Source of the DNA: Octopus vulgaris
Taxonomy: Eukaryota
NCBI GenBank assembly: GCA_951406725.2
Contig: OX597818.1
Coordinates: forward strand, 131,812,001-131,876,000
Direction of reading: 5' to 3'
DNA length: 64,000 nt
Part shown: one piece after another, positions 15,501 to 29,640 of the stretch
Layout of the letters: each line of letters opens with the position of its first letter
How positions within the stretch are numbered: the stretch's first letter is position 1
Made by a program: the position numbers and the translations under genes
The notes under the pieces: model-generated
What the model saw: only the letters and a program-made list of their open reading frames with translations
Databases searched by the model: none
Told to the model about the DNA's origin: nothing

Positions 15501-16217
15501 GTCAACTTCATACGTTACAGAGCATTTGGAAATTTTAGAACAAGTGAAAATTCATTACAAAATACACCTACTCATCATTTCGGTCTTTACTTCAGTAACT
15601 CATAATATTGCTGGTTAATTTAAGACTAAAATACCCTACTACAATTTCATTAAATAGAATCGATGGAGTGTATTTACTTAGTTATGTATTAGTTATAAGG
15701 ATTTTCATTAGTAAACTGCAATAGATCAAGTCCTACAATTTTTGACACATTCAAGAGTATGTGATTTCTTGTCAGCAGTGTTATCTTTTCAACAGAATTT
15801 TTTCCCTTATTTGCCCAAATTTCCAAATTTAAAGAATTTCTCAGCAGACTGTCAATCTCACCCTTTGTTTTTTGTTTTTTTAGCATTTTTATGCTGTAGC
15901 ATTGTTGCAATAACAGTACTTGTTCCCTGTTTGCAATAAGATTAGTAACTTCAAATTCAGCTAAATCATTTTCAAGAAGACATTGGTTCTTAGAGAAGTT
16001 GTAGAAAATCTAGTCAACTATTCTTTAGCACTCCAATATTGAGAGATTTTGAGAAAAGATGGAATATAGTCTTATTCTGCATTGCAGTATTTGGTTATGT
16101 GAAGCATAGGATATCCAACTTTCTATTTCATGACTGAAAATTGATGATAAAAAGGTGGAAATGTGTTTGGTGAACTCAGATATTTGGAATGGATTAGAGA
16201 CAACAGTTGCCATTATT

Positions 16218-16252
<35 letters not shown>

Positions 16253-18903
16253 CAGTATATTCCATGGATGTGATTTGTTCAGATAAAATGAAAGTAGCAG
16301 TCTTTTTAGAATCATGTTGCAGCATCATTTTGATAGAAGAGTTTTCATGCACATCACATGTAAAGATATTTTTGTTTTATTTTGATGTACAAATAGTAAA
16401 TGAGAGTTAGAGTTTCTATGTTGGAATTTCTGTATAATTATTCAACATTTTCAATTTGACAGTAAAATTTCTAAAATATTTTTAAAACAAAACAACACAG
16501 GAAACTTATACTCCAGGATAATAACCATAAAAGAGCTAGAATCTCCAACACCAGAAAATACACGAGATCAAAGCTAAACACAAAAGCATATGTGAATGTT
16601 TGAATTGCCAGAAGTGACTGTCATAATGCAACTTACAAGTTCAACAGACTATCAGAGAAATTGGAAATATAACACTGGGCAAGCACTAGTTTCAATAATG
16701 ACTGTAATGCCAGAAATTAAATAAATTTATAATGCATAGTCAAATACAATTCAAGTCCTCTTCCACCCATGTAGGTTTGATGAGAAACTACTGGAAAATA
16801 AAGTCATGACAAATAGAAAAGAAATGAAGTAAAAGTATTAACTGTTGAGTGAAAAGATCTCTTGTAAATTTCACAGAAGCAATGTTGTTTCAATGAGCAG
16901 ATCTATAGAGCAAAACTAACATAGATTCATGATAAAATGTTGATAAATAAAAATACCTAGAAACAACAAACCTTTCAACAATGACTTATTTTATCACTAC
17001 CAACATAAAAATTCTTAAAAACTTAATATCCTACATGTCTGAACATTTACTAAATAAGCCATGTATACATAATGATTTGAAGTTAATTCAAAAAATTTTA
17101 ATCCAAAATAAAATTTATCAATATAAATCTATTGATTTTAGATGATACTAGAAGGCAACTGACTGATTTAGTTTTTAAGTCACTAATGTAACATGATAAA
17201 ATAGTTGGAATGTACATTATACACCATCAGATTTGCACCTAGACTATGATTAATTTACTGTTGCTATAGGTTATCACAACAATCTGATTCTATACTTTGC
17301 TATTTAGATATAATTTTGTCTATTTAAGTTAATAAATGCACACAAAGAAACATCAAAGGATTGTTGAGTTTCCTGTTATTTTGTCACATCTTACATACAA
17401 CATCACTTTTCTTCAATAAACAAATGGAACCGAGATAAATTTATGTTTGGATCTTAATTCATTTTAAGTAAATATAGAAAGTATGACAATATTGACATTC
17501 TACTCAAGTTTGGCTATAATCCTAACATTCTGTACTTTTTCCATAAAAGAATCAATAAAATAAAACATAATTATTTTAAATTCCATATATGACATGTCTA
17601 TGTGATTAAGAGTAATTTTTGCTTCTAAGAAAACAGAAATTTACTTTTTGTATTTTGATAAGAATAAAACCAAGTTTCCATAATTAAAGCTTTGTGTACT
17701 TACAGATGTGCAGCAGTAAAATAATAAAAAAAAAATGTTTAAGGAAAGTAAACATTCATATTTTTCTTAAGAGGATCAATCTAATTAATCAAACTTAAGT
17801 GAGCAAACTTTGTCTACTTTAGATATTTATGCGCAACCATTTATTATCCTCAAATAGCATCCATTAAATCTTTGCAATCAATAATTATAGATGAAGATTA
17901 CCTTTTAAACTTAAATTTCAGTCACCTTCTTTTTAAGATAATACTTGCTTTTCTATAGACAAACCCATAAAATGAATAATTGTTGTATTCTTTTTTAACT
18001 TAAGGTCAAATTTATTTTGATTATTACTAAAAATTTTTCCTTTGAATATAAATCTTAACAGTGTTAGAACAGAAATTAATAATATAATGAAACTATAAAG
18101 GAATAAAAATGAAAAAAGTTAGGTGTGATTAGTGGAGGAATTATTTAAAGCAAAAATGAAAAAGAAATAGTTTGTTCTTTTAGGCTTCATTTTCATCAAG
18201 TTTTAATATCAAAGGCTAATATATCCGAACTGTTTGAAAAGATGATAAAATCTGGAAACAATTGCAGCAATGCCTCTTCAGTATACTAAGTAATGATCTG
18301 GAACTATTTAACTGAAATTTTAAGAAATATTATTCTAAAATACTTGATATGATACATTATCAGCACTTGTAATTGGTTAAATCAGAATCATATTTCTTGA
18401 CAAAAAAACTAATTTAAGTTGATTTTCAAACTTCTCAAGTAATATTCTACACATAAGTATTCATATGATCTTTATAGTTTGTTAAAAGATAAATCTAACA
18501 TCAATGATAATGGCATTTGGCTAACTCCAAACTGAAACCCTCAACAAAAACCACAGTAAAAATATCTTCAGTTAATTATTATTATATTTATCATATACAT
18601 TTTTATTCAGAAAATTTTCAATCCTTCTCTCACTATCTTTCCCATACATTTCCAGTTGTAATCATTTTTTTTATTTTCACCTCAATTTTCTCCTACTAAA
18701 GTTTTATTCTTTATTCGCTGAGTGAGAATTTATCATTTTTTCAATATGATTTGTGTTATCTCCATCACAAATCATATTCACCTTAGGAAAACAACACCAT
18801 CTAAATGTTGTCAATGTACATCAACTTCTTTCCTAGCACAATTAAAAGAAAATTCTTGTGGAAAATATGGTGGTAGATACCTCTATAATCATTCTGAATG
18901 AGT

Positions 18904-19006
18904 GGTTGTATTCACTAGCATAAAAGATGTACTCTTGCATAAGAGGCACCCTTATTTTACAGGTATATTTTGTAGAAAAACAAATTTAATATGTTCCATC
19001 ATATAT
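18904..19006 (+). repeat. Left copy of a ~100-bp inverted repeat (partner at 22342-22444)
   Basis: cttgcataagaggcaccc-ttattttacaggtatattttgtagaaaaacaaatttaatatgttccatcatatat is nearly the exact reverse complement of 22342-22414. Confidence 0.88.
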
Positions 19007-19129
19007 GTTCAAAGATATTTTAGAATGGTTTTACAGGGGGAAATGTATGACTGTGCATGTAAATAAGATATTGTGAGACTATACTGGAATTAAGTATGAA
19101 ACCATAAATTTATCATAAACTATGTTATA

Positions 19130-19541
19130 GGCGCAGGAGTGGCTGTGCGGTAGGTAGCTTGCTAACCAACCACATGGTTCCGGGTTCAGTCCCACTGCAT
19201 GGCATCTTGGGCAAGTGTCTTCTCCTATAGCCCCGGGCCGACCAATGCTTTGTGAGTGGATTTGGTAGATGGAAACTGAAAGAAACCTGTTGTATATATG
19301 TATATATATGTATATGTGTGTGTTTGTGTGTCTGTGCTTGTCCCCCTAGCATTGCTTGACAACCGATACTGGTGTGTTTACGTCCCCGTCACTTAGCGGT
19401 TCGGCAAAAGAGACTGATAGAATAAGTACTGGGTTTACAAAGAATAAGTCCCGGGGTCGATTTGCTCGACTAAAGGCGGTGCTCCAGCATGACCGCAGTC
19501 AAATGACTGAAACAAGTAAAAGAGTAAAGAGTAAGAGAGAG
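19130..19541 (+). mobile_element. Full-length tRNA-derived SINE, family A
   Basis: GGCGCAGGAGTGGCTGTGCGG A-box-like start, GGTTCAGTCCC B-box-like motif, CORE-like cttgggcaagt, internal TA/TG microsatellite and purine-rich tail. Confidence 0.95.
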
Positions 19542-20164
19542 TACTGTATTTCAACTTCATCTTCTTTCAAATCAACTGTATAGTTGTTTATATCTTAGTC
19601 AAGAGAACAGTAATACATGATGTGGCAGTCATATTTCTGGCTGTGATGTTTTATATAACCATGAATACACACAAGGGTGGTGTGCCACCACTATTTTATT
19701 GTCATCTAACCATTGATGGTGGATGAAACTTTGCTAACATTCCACTTATCTTTCCAAGAGAACTTTTCATTTAGACACTTATATTTCTTAAAGGTAATAC
19801 ATAATGTAAGACATATAGCAGATGTGAGTTATCCATGCTGGGATGAAGGTAAAATGAGATGATGTGACCAACCCACATAACTGCCAATGTACCATAAGCA
19901 ATTTTTCATAATCATATGCTGACATTGTGCCCGGTGGATTTATACACATCCAGCTTACTAGTCTACAGCACTTGATCTCCCATCCATAACACTACCACAT
20001 TAGATGCAAAGCAATTTTTTGATACATTGAGATATAGGAAAAAAATATGCATTTTATGCTGGTATATATGGTACTTTAAACCTAGCTTTAAGACAAGGCC
20101 TAAAACATATCTTTCTTTTCTGCTTGGGACTTAAAAACTGAACTTCTCTCTAGCTCAAAATAAT

Positions 20165-20360
20165 TGTTTCAAATTTGTACACACCAGTAATTTTTAGAAG
20201 TGCAATCAATCCCAGCATTTGACTGATATTTTGTCATCGACTTAAAGGGATAAAAGACAAAGTAAACCTCAGGGGCAGTGGAATTTGAACACAAAACATA
20301 AGGAATCAGGAGAAATTTTGCTAGGTATTTTTCTGGCACTCTAGTAATTCCGTTAATCTA
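20165..20360 (-). mobile_element. Degenerate SINE, family B-related
   Basis: aaagggataaaagacaaagtaaacctc...ggaatttgaac is the decayed reverse complement of gttcaaattcc...gaggtcgactttgcctttcatccttt. Confidence 0.6.
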
Positions 20361-22270
20361 CTATGGATGATGATGATGTGAACAACAATGACAATAAGAT
20401 TGAAGTCTATAATTTTTAGCTTGTTAAATGCTCAAGGAAGGATTTATGGAATCAGTGAACTTTTAGGAAATCAAGTTGTACAGTATTTTTAAATGTGTCA
20501 CATTTTAATCATGTAGATTAAAAGTTTACAAACTTCACAAATGAGATTAGCACAAGACCAAGAAACAGAGAAATGTTATATCAGAGATCCATTAAAAATA
20601 TATGCAACTATGGAAATATGAAAAGGAAGCACTAGAATAATAAATATTTAACATTTGTGCTATTTTAAAAATCTTTTTCTGCTTTCTAATCAATATCAAA
20701 GTTAGTTGGTATTTAAATGTTATCACACTGTGATTATTATCATTATTATTTTCTTTCAATGTTGTTGCTTCAGGATTCATAATTTTATTTGAATTAAAGA
20801 GAGAAACAAAATAATCTATTCACCCTTTCTTAGTATAAGGTAAATTATTCACAAAACATCAACATATACTTAAAATTCCATGTAGTTATGATTTTTGTCA
20901 GTCATATTTATATCTAGCATGTCTGGGAGAGATGCAACATTTAATATGAAAAATTACATTTCATTTTCATCAAAATATAATTGCTGGATGAAGGGCTATC
21001 CTTTAAGTACTGACAGGTGTTAAAAAGGTAAGGATAAAAGCAATTATCATAACAGTATTTTTCTTTCTTTCTCTTTTTAATTTTTTGGTAGACTTCTCAT
21101 AAATGGAGTAAATGAAAGTGGACAGCAGACAAATTAAGCATGGAGAAAATAAATACCTTTCTTATCTTCTACAAGGAAATTACTTCAACCAACAGTATAT
21201 TCTATTCAGGCATTGTCTTGAGTGAAGTGAGACACTATGACTAATGTTTGAACAATATTATTCAAACCTTATGAAAATGAATTATTATTAAAAAGTTTTT
21301 CTTTTTTTAATTGTAAGCATAAAATTGTGTGTGTGTGTGTGTATTTACATGTACCATCTTCTAGGTCCCATAACATTGTGGTTCAACAATGAAAGATAGA
21401 GAAACTAGTAGTAGACTGAAACTAGTACTGGGATTGATATGGTCAACTGAAATACCTGAAGGTAGTGCCCCAACATGACTGCAGTTCAATAATTAAAATC
21501 AGTGAAATAATAGATTTCCTCAACAATAGCCTATCTGAACCTAACAGATCAAAATGGGAACCAGCTAATTTTTCACAGCATTTTCAGAGGTAATAGTGAC
21601 AAGAAGTTTTTGTACATCCATCTTTGGAAAGCTTATATTACACCTAGAGATATTAATTACAAAGTGCATCCAGAATCTCAAGATAACTTTTCATAAGCAG
21701 TTTACAACTTCTAAAATGCAGTTCAATATGTGATGACCAATTCTCTTGGATTTTCAATGGATCAAACGTCACTTAATATCCTTTCCCAACTTTTAGAGAT
21801 CTTGTCAGAAAAAAAAGCTTGAGCAAATGACTGGGAAGGAACATTTTGGTTATCCAAGTTCAAATTAAAGACAAAGAAGTTAAATTAAGGACAACAAGCA
21901 AATTCTTACCTGCACTTTAGAACCTGTGACTGACAATAAAAATAATGCAACTTTTTAGGTGTAACTCAAATAGTGTGTGAGATTATGCACACACAGAATG
22001 TCCCATAACTAAATGAAAATATAGGGACAACAGTTCAAGAATATAACTGCATATAGTAAAACAATGTCAAGCCAACTACTGTAATTTATATGAAAAAGAT
22101 AGAAAGGAAAACCAAATATATTGAACAAGTACTGGTATGTTTGGTTTTATACTTTCCTTTTGTTAATCGCCCCAGCATGGCCACAGCTCGTGAGCTGAAA
22201 CTAGTATCAATCAATCAATCAAAATCAAATGTTAAAAATGTTTTCAACATATTATAAATATATATTAAGA

Positions 22271-22347
<77 letters not shown>
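22271..22347. repeat. (TA)n microsatellite
   Basis: Nearly pure TA run. Confidence 0.97.
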
Positions 22348-22352
<5 letters not shown>

Positions 22353-22444
22353 AACATATTAAATTTGTTTTTCTACAAAATATACCTGTAAAATAGGGGT
22401 GCCTCTTATGCAAGACTACATCTTCTATGCTAATAAACACAACC
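22342..22444 (-). repeat. Right copy of the ~100-bp inverted repeat (partner at 18904-19006)
   Basis: Reverse complement of 18904-19006, with a few mismatches toward the outer end. Confidence 0.88.
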
Positions 22445-24299
22445 GTTTGAACAAATGGATACTATCTCCTTTAGAAAGATTAGAAATTTCTACCTAACCA
22501 CAATTTCACATTTTAGTTGATTTTTAAAGCCTCTGTTTATTTACTGGTATCAAATAGCTAATGTACATGAAATGTTAGCAATTATGGTGGCTTAAATTTC
22601 ATTTTAGATAAGCTTTTTAGTGTTATCCCTTCATCTTAACTCTAGAAATATTTAATTTTAAAATTTCTAAAATTATGAAATCAGCCATACTGATACAGAG
22701 GAAAAATGGAAAATATTAAATATATGACTTTTACATTACGTGGAGGAGATAGCAAGAGTCATTAGCAAACTTTTACTCATTTATATTTAGCAGTGTAATA
22801 TAAAGTATGTAAATTTTTATTAGATTAAAAGGTGAATTGCTTTGTTTACAATAATTAAAGCATAAAACAAGACAATTACTGTTATTGGTAGAAGCTTAAA
22901 TAAAATGTTCTCAATTGATAAAATAATTAGATTTTTCAGACAATAGAATAAATCACGCTTCTTTTATCATACAATTAAAGTTTTTCAATTTTATTTTATT
23001 TTTTTCCTTCTAGAAACTATTTAAATTATAACTCTTCTCCTATAAAACAAAATTCGTATTTGAATATTTCTCCATATTGAATTGCACCACTTTAATTATA
23101 TTTATTTATTTTACAGAAAATTGAAAACCTATCATGAACTTGTTCCTGAAACGATGAACTTTTTACATAAAGAAAATTTAAGAATTGAAACTGCAGATTT
23201 TCACTTTGGAAATCTTTAATAAGTTGCTTTAAATTAATCATATACAATAAAGACAATAGTTGTAAAGTTCCATTGGTTAGCCAGATAGCTTTATTGAACA
23301 ACAACCTTAATTTTTGATTAAAACACTTTAAAAACATAGAAATTGAAAGGCAGCTTCAGTAATTTTGAAAATCAGATATTCAGTAATCTGATATAAACTA
23401 GAATTAATACAAACCAATAAGGGAGCCCCTGTGTGGTTGTTTAATCTGCTAAAGGTAGAAGTTAAACCTCTTTCAAAATATATGGTACCATCTTGAAGAA
23501 AAAAAAACTAATGTATTTCTGAAAAAAAGGAACATAATCTCAGCTGAAATGTCTTGATCTAGTGGCTAAAAGCCAGCATTGAGTTTACTACTACAACTAA
23601 AACTAACTAATGAAGTAATACAGAAATCATCCTTTATGAGTGAGAGGAAAAAACAAGTTGAACAGTAAATATAATAGCAAAAACTTTGAAAGTGCAGGAA
23701 TAGATTTTAGGTAGATTACACTTTGACTTGTGTACACACACACACATATATATATATATGATTATAAATCTGATAATCTTGACCATCATAGTTAGTCCTG
23801 ATGTTCAGGTTAATACTGAATGATTAAATTGGGGTGGGTGTTTTTCCCAATACTAATCAGAAATTAGTGGATATTTAGGATGTGAGACTAAAGCAGCAGA
23901 GGTTCTTCAAATGATGAAGTCATTTATTAAGGTAACAAATAAAAGAGTAAATGCAGAGTTGTAAAGGGAGATGACATATAGGCTAGACATATAAGTATTA
24001 CATTTAAGTGTAGGGGTGTCACTGGAGTTGTGGACATGCCTGGAAAAGGTATGGAGTACATGCTTGAGGATTTTGGGTAAGAGTTAGGATCTGTTAAACA
24101 AGAGCCCTTCAATACTAAAGACAATAGGTCTAATTTTAGGTGACTGGTGATGGAGGATATCTACTATTTCTAGAGATGAAACTTTAATTAACTTTGAGTA
24201 TCCTCTATAAGTACAAATGTCCATTCTACTGGTATTTACAATATTTTCCAGCCAGATATGTTATATTGGCATCCTTTTGATAGAGCATAGCATTGTTTA

Positions 24300-24950
24300 C
24301 TTGGTTGACAACTACATAAACATTGAAATGGAGCATCCTAATGACATTGGATCCCCTTCTCTACTTGATTTCTGACATAAAATCAGAGATAAGATTTATT
24401 AATACCAACTTCTACAAGAAGTTGCTTGTTGGGGCCTACTTGTGCACAACAGATCTACTTGTGCCATACCAACCAGATTTGAGACTGCCATGTATCAAGT
24501 AGAATATGACATGTACACAATAGATGCAAGAAGCAAGTAATAGAGCTGACAAAAACAAGCAGCTCCAAAAGGTGTTAACAACAATGGCTATACAGTGTCT
24601 TTTGTAGAGCGCAGTTCAATAACACAACTCCAAAGCAGTTTCACACCTCCAATAACAACTGCATTTGCACAACACTGCCCTATTTAATTAAGAGAGCAAA
24701 TAATGCAATCTTTGAAGTGATCCGTAGGGAGGTATTATATATACAGCTGACACACTGAATGTGCCTGAGAAAATGCTTGTCTGGGAATCAGCCTACACAC
24801 AATAACAACGTTTGCATATGAGCCAACTGCAAACTACAGCATGGGCATACATTTATGAATCTGCATAATGTATCATATAATTTGCAGTAAATGTTACAAA
24901 TCATTAATCAGTAGCACCATTTGCATACTGCACTGCTGTATTAAAAAGCA
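24300..24950 (+). mobile_element. Possible highly decayed Penelope-like retroelement (RT thumb to linker region)
   Basis: Fragmentary peptides occur in the expected order: NIEMEHPNDIGSPSLLDF (cf. FTxExE...LPFLD), TNFYKK, NNNGY, LPY. Many stops and frameshifts. Confidence 0.4.
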
Positions 24951-25441
24951 TATTAACATATATATATATATATCTATATACTTCAACTGTTAAATAAACA
25001 TCTAGAGAGATGACATAACAAAGAAATCATTGTTACTATCAAGTCTACAGAAAGAAATATGAGAAATTTAATAAAATAAAGAAACTGTCTGAATAAATAG
25101 ACAAAATCCTTGGGAAGTGGCATGAATTGAGCCAAGCTGGTTGATTGATATAACACAGCTAGTTTGCATATGACAATCTTCTCCTACACAATGTTCACAT
25201 TAAAATAATAAGTGCTCAGTCAGTTTGATGTGTGTTGATAGAGCTAGCTCATCCTCTATTTTCTTGATAAAGAATTTTAAATTTGGGTAACACAGGGTAA
25301 AAATTTAAACAATTATTCTTGCTTTGTTTTGACTTTGTTTCTGTCTCAATGCAGTGACTTTCTTAAAGAGTATCTAACTAAAATACCCTTAAACTTAAAT
25401 GTGGACAGTTGATTATGAACACAACAATTCAGACACTGCTT

Positions 25442-25654
25442 GTTACTGTATTTATTTTGAGATGCTCTGTGTTTCTTTTAATTACTTTAAATATAACAAG
25501 GAATTTAGAAAAATAACTTAATTATCATTCAGCTAGTGTTAGGAACATAAATTGTGACTGAGGTTTGGTGGAAGATTTTAATTCAAAACTTATGAAAACA
25601 AGACATTTGTACTCAGAACCAGAGCTGGTTTCAGCCGGGTTGGTAACGAAAGGG
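25442..25654 (-). mobile_element. piggyBac-like MITE, inverted copy of 50062-50281; left TIR degraded
   Basis: Ends GTAACGAAAGGG|TTAA, and the body is the reverse complement of 50062-50281. Confidence 0.9.
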
Positions 25655-25675
25655 TTAAAAGGAGATAAATATGAC

Positions 25676-25910
25676 ATTCAGCTGGACATGTCCAGAAGAT
25701 GAGTGACAACTAGTGGACATAAAGGCTGACACTCTGAATTCAAAATGACTACAAAAGTAAGAGAAGGACAATGGCAAACAGCTAGATGGATGAATCAGAT
25801 AATTTTTTTTTTAATTAGAGATTGGGTACCCAGAAGTTATCAAGAGAGGAAGCCTTTACCCCACAGTGGGGTAGCAATGGCTTATTTGATTGATCAATTG
25901 ATTGATAATA
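25676..25910 (+). mobile_element. Decayed RTE-clade LINE 3' end
   Basis: AGHVQKMSDN*WT (cf. WAGHVxRxxDxRWT) and EAFTPQW (cf. EAFxxQW), followed by a (ttga)n-like tail. Confidence 0.55.
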
Positions 25911-27059
25911 ATAACCAGCACATTGAGAAGTAAACTTGATAAAACTCCTTCATTATTGACAGAAATGATTCAGCAAATCTGCTGTTTAATAAAATTGATA
26001 ACATTCAAAATGCAATAGAGAATATTATTTCCTTTCTGTACACAACATCTGAAGTGAAATTAAAATGTATAATTGAATATTCATTTATTTAATGCATTTT
26101 AAGTGAATAAAGAATGCTTTATAACTTTTCCTTATTTATTTAGTTTTATTGCTTTCCAAATAACTTAACTACTTAATATTTGCTCCCCTTAATCAAGAGT
26201 TGATATGTTTTCTACAAGTAATTTATTGTGGCAAAAGAATATAACATATAAGCCCAATGTATTAAAATATTTTTAAAGATTATTATTCCAGTTTCTCATA
26301 AAAGCATATATTTCATAGAATATAAAAAAGTTACTTTCCTCTTTTCTTTAATCAAACAGAACTTATAAAATATGTGTGTGTGTGTGTGTGTGTGTGTCTG
26401 TGTGTGTGAATGCAAATGTATGTTTAATCAATATTTATTAACCTTTCTATATAGTTTAACTTTGGTTAAACTCCAGTTCTAACTAGGTTAATGGTTTGAG
26501 TATTTCATGGGACAGCGAATAAGTTTTCTAGTACATAAATGTAGCAGAATATTCATAGTACTTTTGACATATCAGAATTATTGATAACTATTACCATAAA
26601 ATGTATTATCATACATATCATACTTGAGCTATGAGTCACATACCAACTGACATCTCAGTCTGCAGCAAATATAGAGGGGAATAGGACATATTACTTGCAC
26701 AAAAGAAAATGCAGTTCTTGAAACAGATACTGTATGCTGCACTGCAGTCTCTATACTGATGACATAATGCATACATTGTAAGGTATTCAAAACTACTGAT
26801 TTCCCTTCCATAATTTCTTCTTTGATTGAAGGAAAGGATGATATAACTTACACATAACTATTCTTGAATTGTGCAGATTTTGTACTAAAGTAAACAAAAT
26901 CAAAAAGGAATATTTTTCTTTGTGTAGAATAATACTATAAATTAACTTTATTCTAAAACAGATTTTAATAAAAAAAATATTTCATATTTATGGCATAAAT
27001 CATACAAAAATTCTAGTTAGGCAATAGTGGCTACATAGAAAATTCCCATTAATCTAAAT

Positions 27060-27470
27060 CAGCACTTATCAAACTATGGGTTGCAACCCCAAATGGGGGG
27101 TCACAAAAATTAAATTCAAACACTTGAATTTCAGTTTATATGTTATTTCACAAATGCACAAGAAGAATTTGGTGAGCTATCGAGTGACTCAGACTTGAAT
27201 TTACAGAAAAATCTTTGACTGAATTTTGGATCGGAGCTAAAGCTGAATTTCCCAAAATTTCTGCAATGGCATTACATGTTCTTTTGTCATTTAGCACCAC
27301 ATGTGAAATGACTTTTTCAGCTTCAACCCTTATTAAAACCAAATATTGTTCACTGCTGAAAAACATAGAAGATGCTTTACATCTAACAGTGTCAAATATT
27401 ACACCAAGACATTTTTCAGGTTCTCCAAGAAGAAAAGAAAGGATTTCTCTTGCCAATTTGTTAGTCTGAT
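27060..27470 (+). mobile_element. hAT (Charlie/Buster-type) transposon relic: left terminus plus C-terminal dimerisation-domain fragment
   Basis: Terminus cagcacttatcaaactatgggttgcaaccccaaatgggg. The peptide LTEFWIGAKAEFPKISAMALHVLLSFSTTCEMTFSASTLIKTKY matches the hATC domain pattern of ZBED5/SCAND3/FAM200-like transposases. Confidence 0.85.
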
Positions 27471-27659
27471 GGTGAAAGGCAATTGAATTAAGTTTGACTG
27501 ATAATTTTAAAAGGTCTACTCAGCTAATATGTAGTTTGTTGATATTGGAAGGTAGAAATTGCCTTTAGGAGGTGAACTCAGAGCATAAGCTAACCTAATG
27601 TTGCAAAGAATTTTGTCCAGCATTAAATCCTAAAACGATGATTGAATTTTTAAGAGAAA

Positions 27660-27757
27660 GAGTTCTGGGATCAATTTCTTCGACTAGAACCCTTTAAGAT
27701 GGTGCTCCAGCATGGCCATAGTCAAATGACTGAAACAAGTAAAAGAATAGAAGAATA
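27660..27757 (+). mobile_element. 3' end of SINE family A
   Basis: ggtgctccagcatggccatagtcaaatgactgaaacaagtaaaaga. Confidence 0.82.
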
Positions 27758-29304
27758 GTAGATCTCAAGGTAGCTTTTATGGCCTACATGCATTTCAATT
27801 AAAGAAAAACAAACAAATTATTTAGGAAATAATTTTTTCTTGGGTTACAGAGTTTATATGTTATCTAATAATTAAATAAGTAACTGTTCTATTTTATTAA
27901 GAAAATAAACTTTTAAATTCTGGAATTACTAAATTCTACATATTTTTTCAAATAATCAGACAGTAAATTTATGACCTCACTAATTTGATTCTAATTTTTC
28001 ACAATCTATGTGTTCTCCAAAAGATTATGCTTGTAAATATCAATTTTAGGAACAGAGGAACATTTATTCACAATAGGAAAGTTTTTCTTCTTACAATAAA
28101 CTGCAATTACAAAAGTAATGAGCAAATCCTCATAATACTAATTAAAACATCGTTTTTAGATTTCCAACTTCAACAATTGCAGATTCATAAAAAGACAATA
28201 AGAACCATTGTAACTAAAAAGTAATGCAAATTTTAAAAGATGTTATAAGAATAAAAAAAAGGACAATGCTAGGTACATATGATAGTTTACTGTATTTTAA
28301 TCCTACTTGTAGGCCTTAAGGTGAAAAGAAAATAATTTCCTACATATTCTATCAAGATTATTTTTAAAAAAAGTAGTTATCACAGTAAAACAATCAACAA
28401 ATCTAATATGAAAAATCTATTTAAAAATAAAATTTGAACAAAAGACGTCTTAGAAAATTTGAAAGATAAAAATGCATCCATAATATAGTTTAATGACTGA
28501 GGCAATTTTCAGTAACAGCGGAAGTGGGTATAGTCAAAATTAGGATTTTGTAAAATTACACACTTATTTATACAAGAAGAACAGGGAAACTGCAATAGCT
28601 AAATGGCTTCCAGCAAACACCTAGCATATATCTCCCCATAAGCTAACATGTTACACTTCTTACAAATGAAGGAGTGTTTCATAAAAAGAAAATGAAATCA
28701 TACAAATACAGCAGTAATGTGCTCTTATAATCAGACTATCAATAATGTTTTTGATACATCCTTAGATTTGTTAACATAAAATCTGTTATGCTGATCAGAA
28801 TACACATAAATACCTCACTTGTAAGTGATGCAGTAACATCTCAAATATCTACTGCTTATATGAATTAATTTTAGCTTTAAATAATGCATACTGGGTATGT
28901 GTGTATATCCATCAAAAATGAATAAAAATAAATACCTTTTAAAATGAATATCTAAAATGAAAAGGAAAATTTAATGTCAGTACCTGTATATGATCAAAAG
29001 CATTTATGATATTCATTCTTATGAATAATGATTTGCTTTAATGAGGTATAAGGCCAAGATTTTGTGGAGGAAATACATAATCAATTCAACACTTCACTTT
29101 ATTAATGTTACAAAATTTTTAAAATACAAGAATTAAAAAAAAACAATCCTTGATGAATGAAATACAATGTTGGACCCTCAAAAACTTTAGTGCCAACACA
29201 AATAAAAAATAGCAAAAATGGAAAACTAAAAACTATAAAACTGATAAGTAATGTGACTCTGTAATACATACCAATTCCTTTCGTAATATCATAAAAAATT
29301 TAAA

Positions 29305-29640
29305 GTGGTTATGCATTGAAAAGTTTGCTTCCCAGCCATATGATCCTGTGTTCAGTCCTACTGTGTGGCACATTGGGTAAATATCTTCTACTAGAGCCCC
29401 AGGCCAATCAAAGCCTTGTGAATAGATTTGGTAGATAGAAATTAAAAGTGGTCTGTATGTGTGTGTGTCCTTCACTACTTGACAACTAGTGTTGGTTTGT
29501 TGGTATCCCTATTACTTAGTGGTATGGCAAAAGAGACTGATAAAGTACCAGGCTTTAAAAAAATGCATTCAACTTAAAACCCTCCAAAGTGGTGCTTCAA
29601 CATGACCACAGACCAATGACTGAAACAAGTAAAAGACAAA
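29305..29640 (+). mobile_element. Diverged SINE, family A
   Basis: aagtttgcttcc...gttcagtcc...aagccttgtgaatagatttggtaga...aatgactgaaacaagtaaaaga. Confidence 0.85.

Noticed and set aside
15900-16220. Faint LINE-like peptide traces here and near 19800-20030, 29750-30250 and 40130-40270
   Set aside because: Only isolated short motifs with many stops; too decayed to call without a profile search.
19125-19583. Recurrent peptides such as SFSFRLPNPLTRLWSARG and MRNWYLIYQP at several loci
   Set aside because: They are translations of multicopy SINE families A and B, not a gene family.
21910-22010. Minus-strand CAG|GTAAG donor with upstream acceptors
   Set aside because: The longer candidate has stops in all frames; 14-20 nt micro-exon versions cannot be supported from sequence alone.
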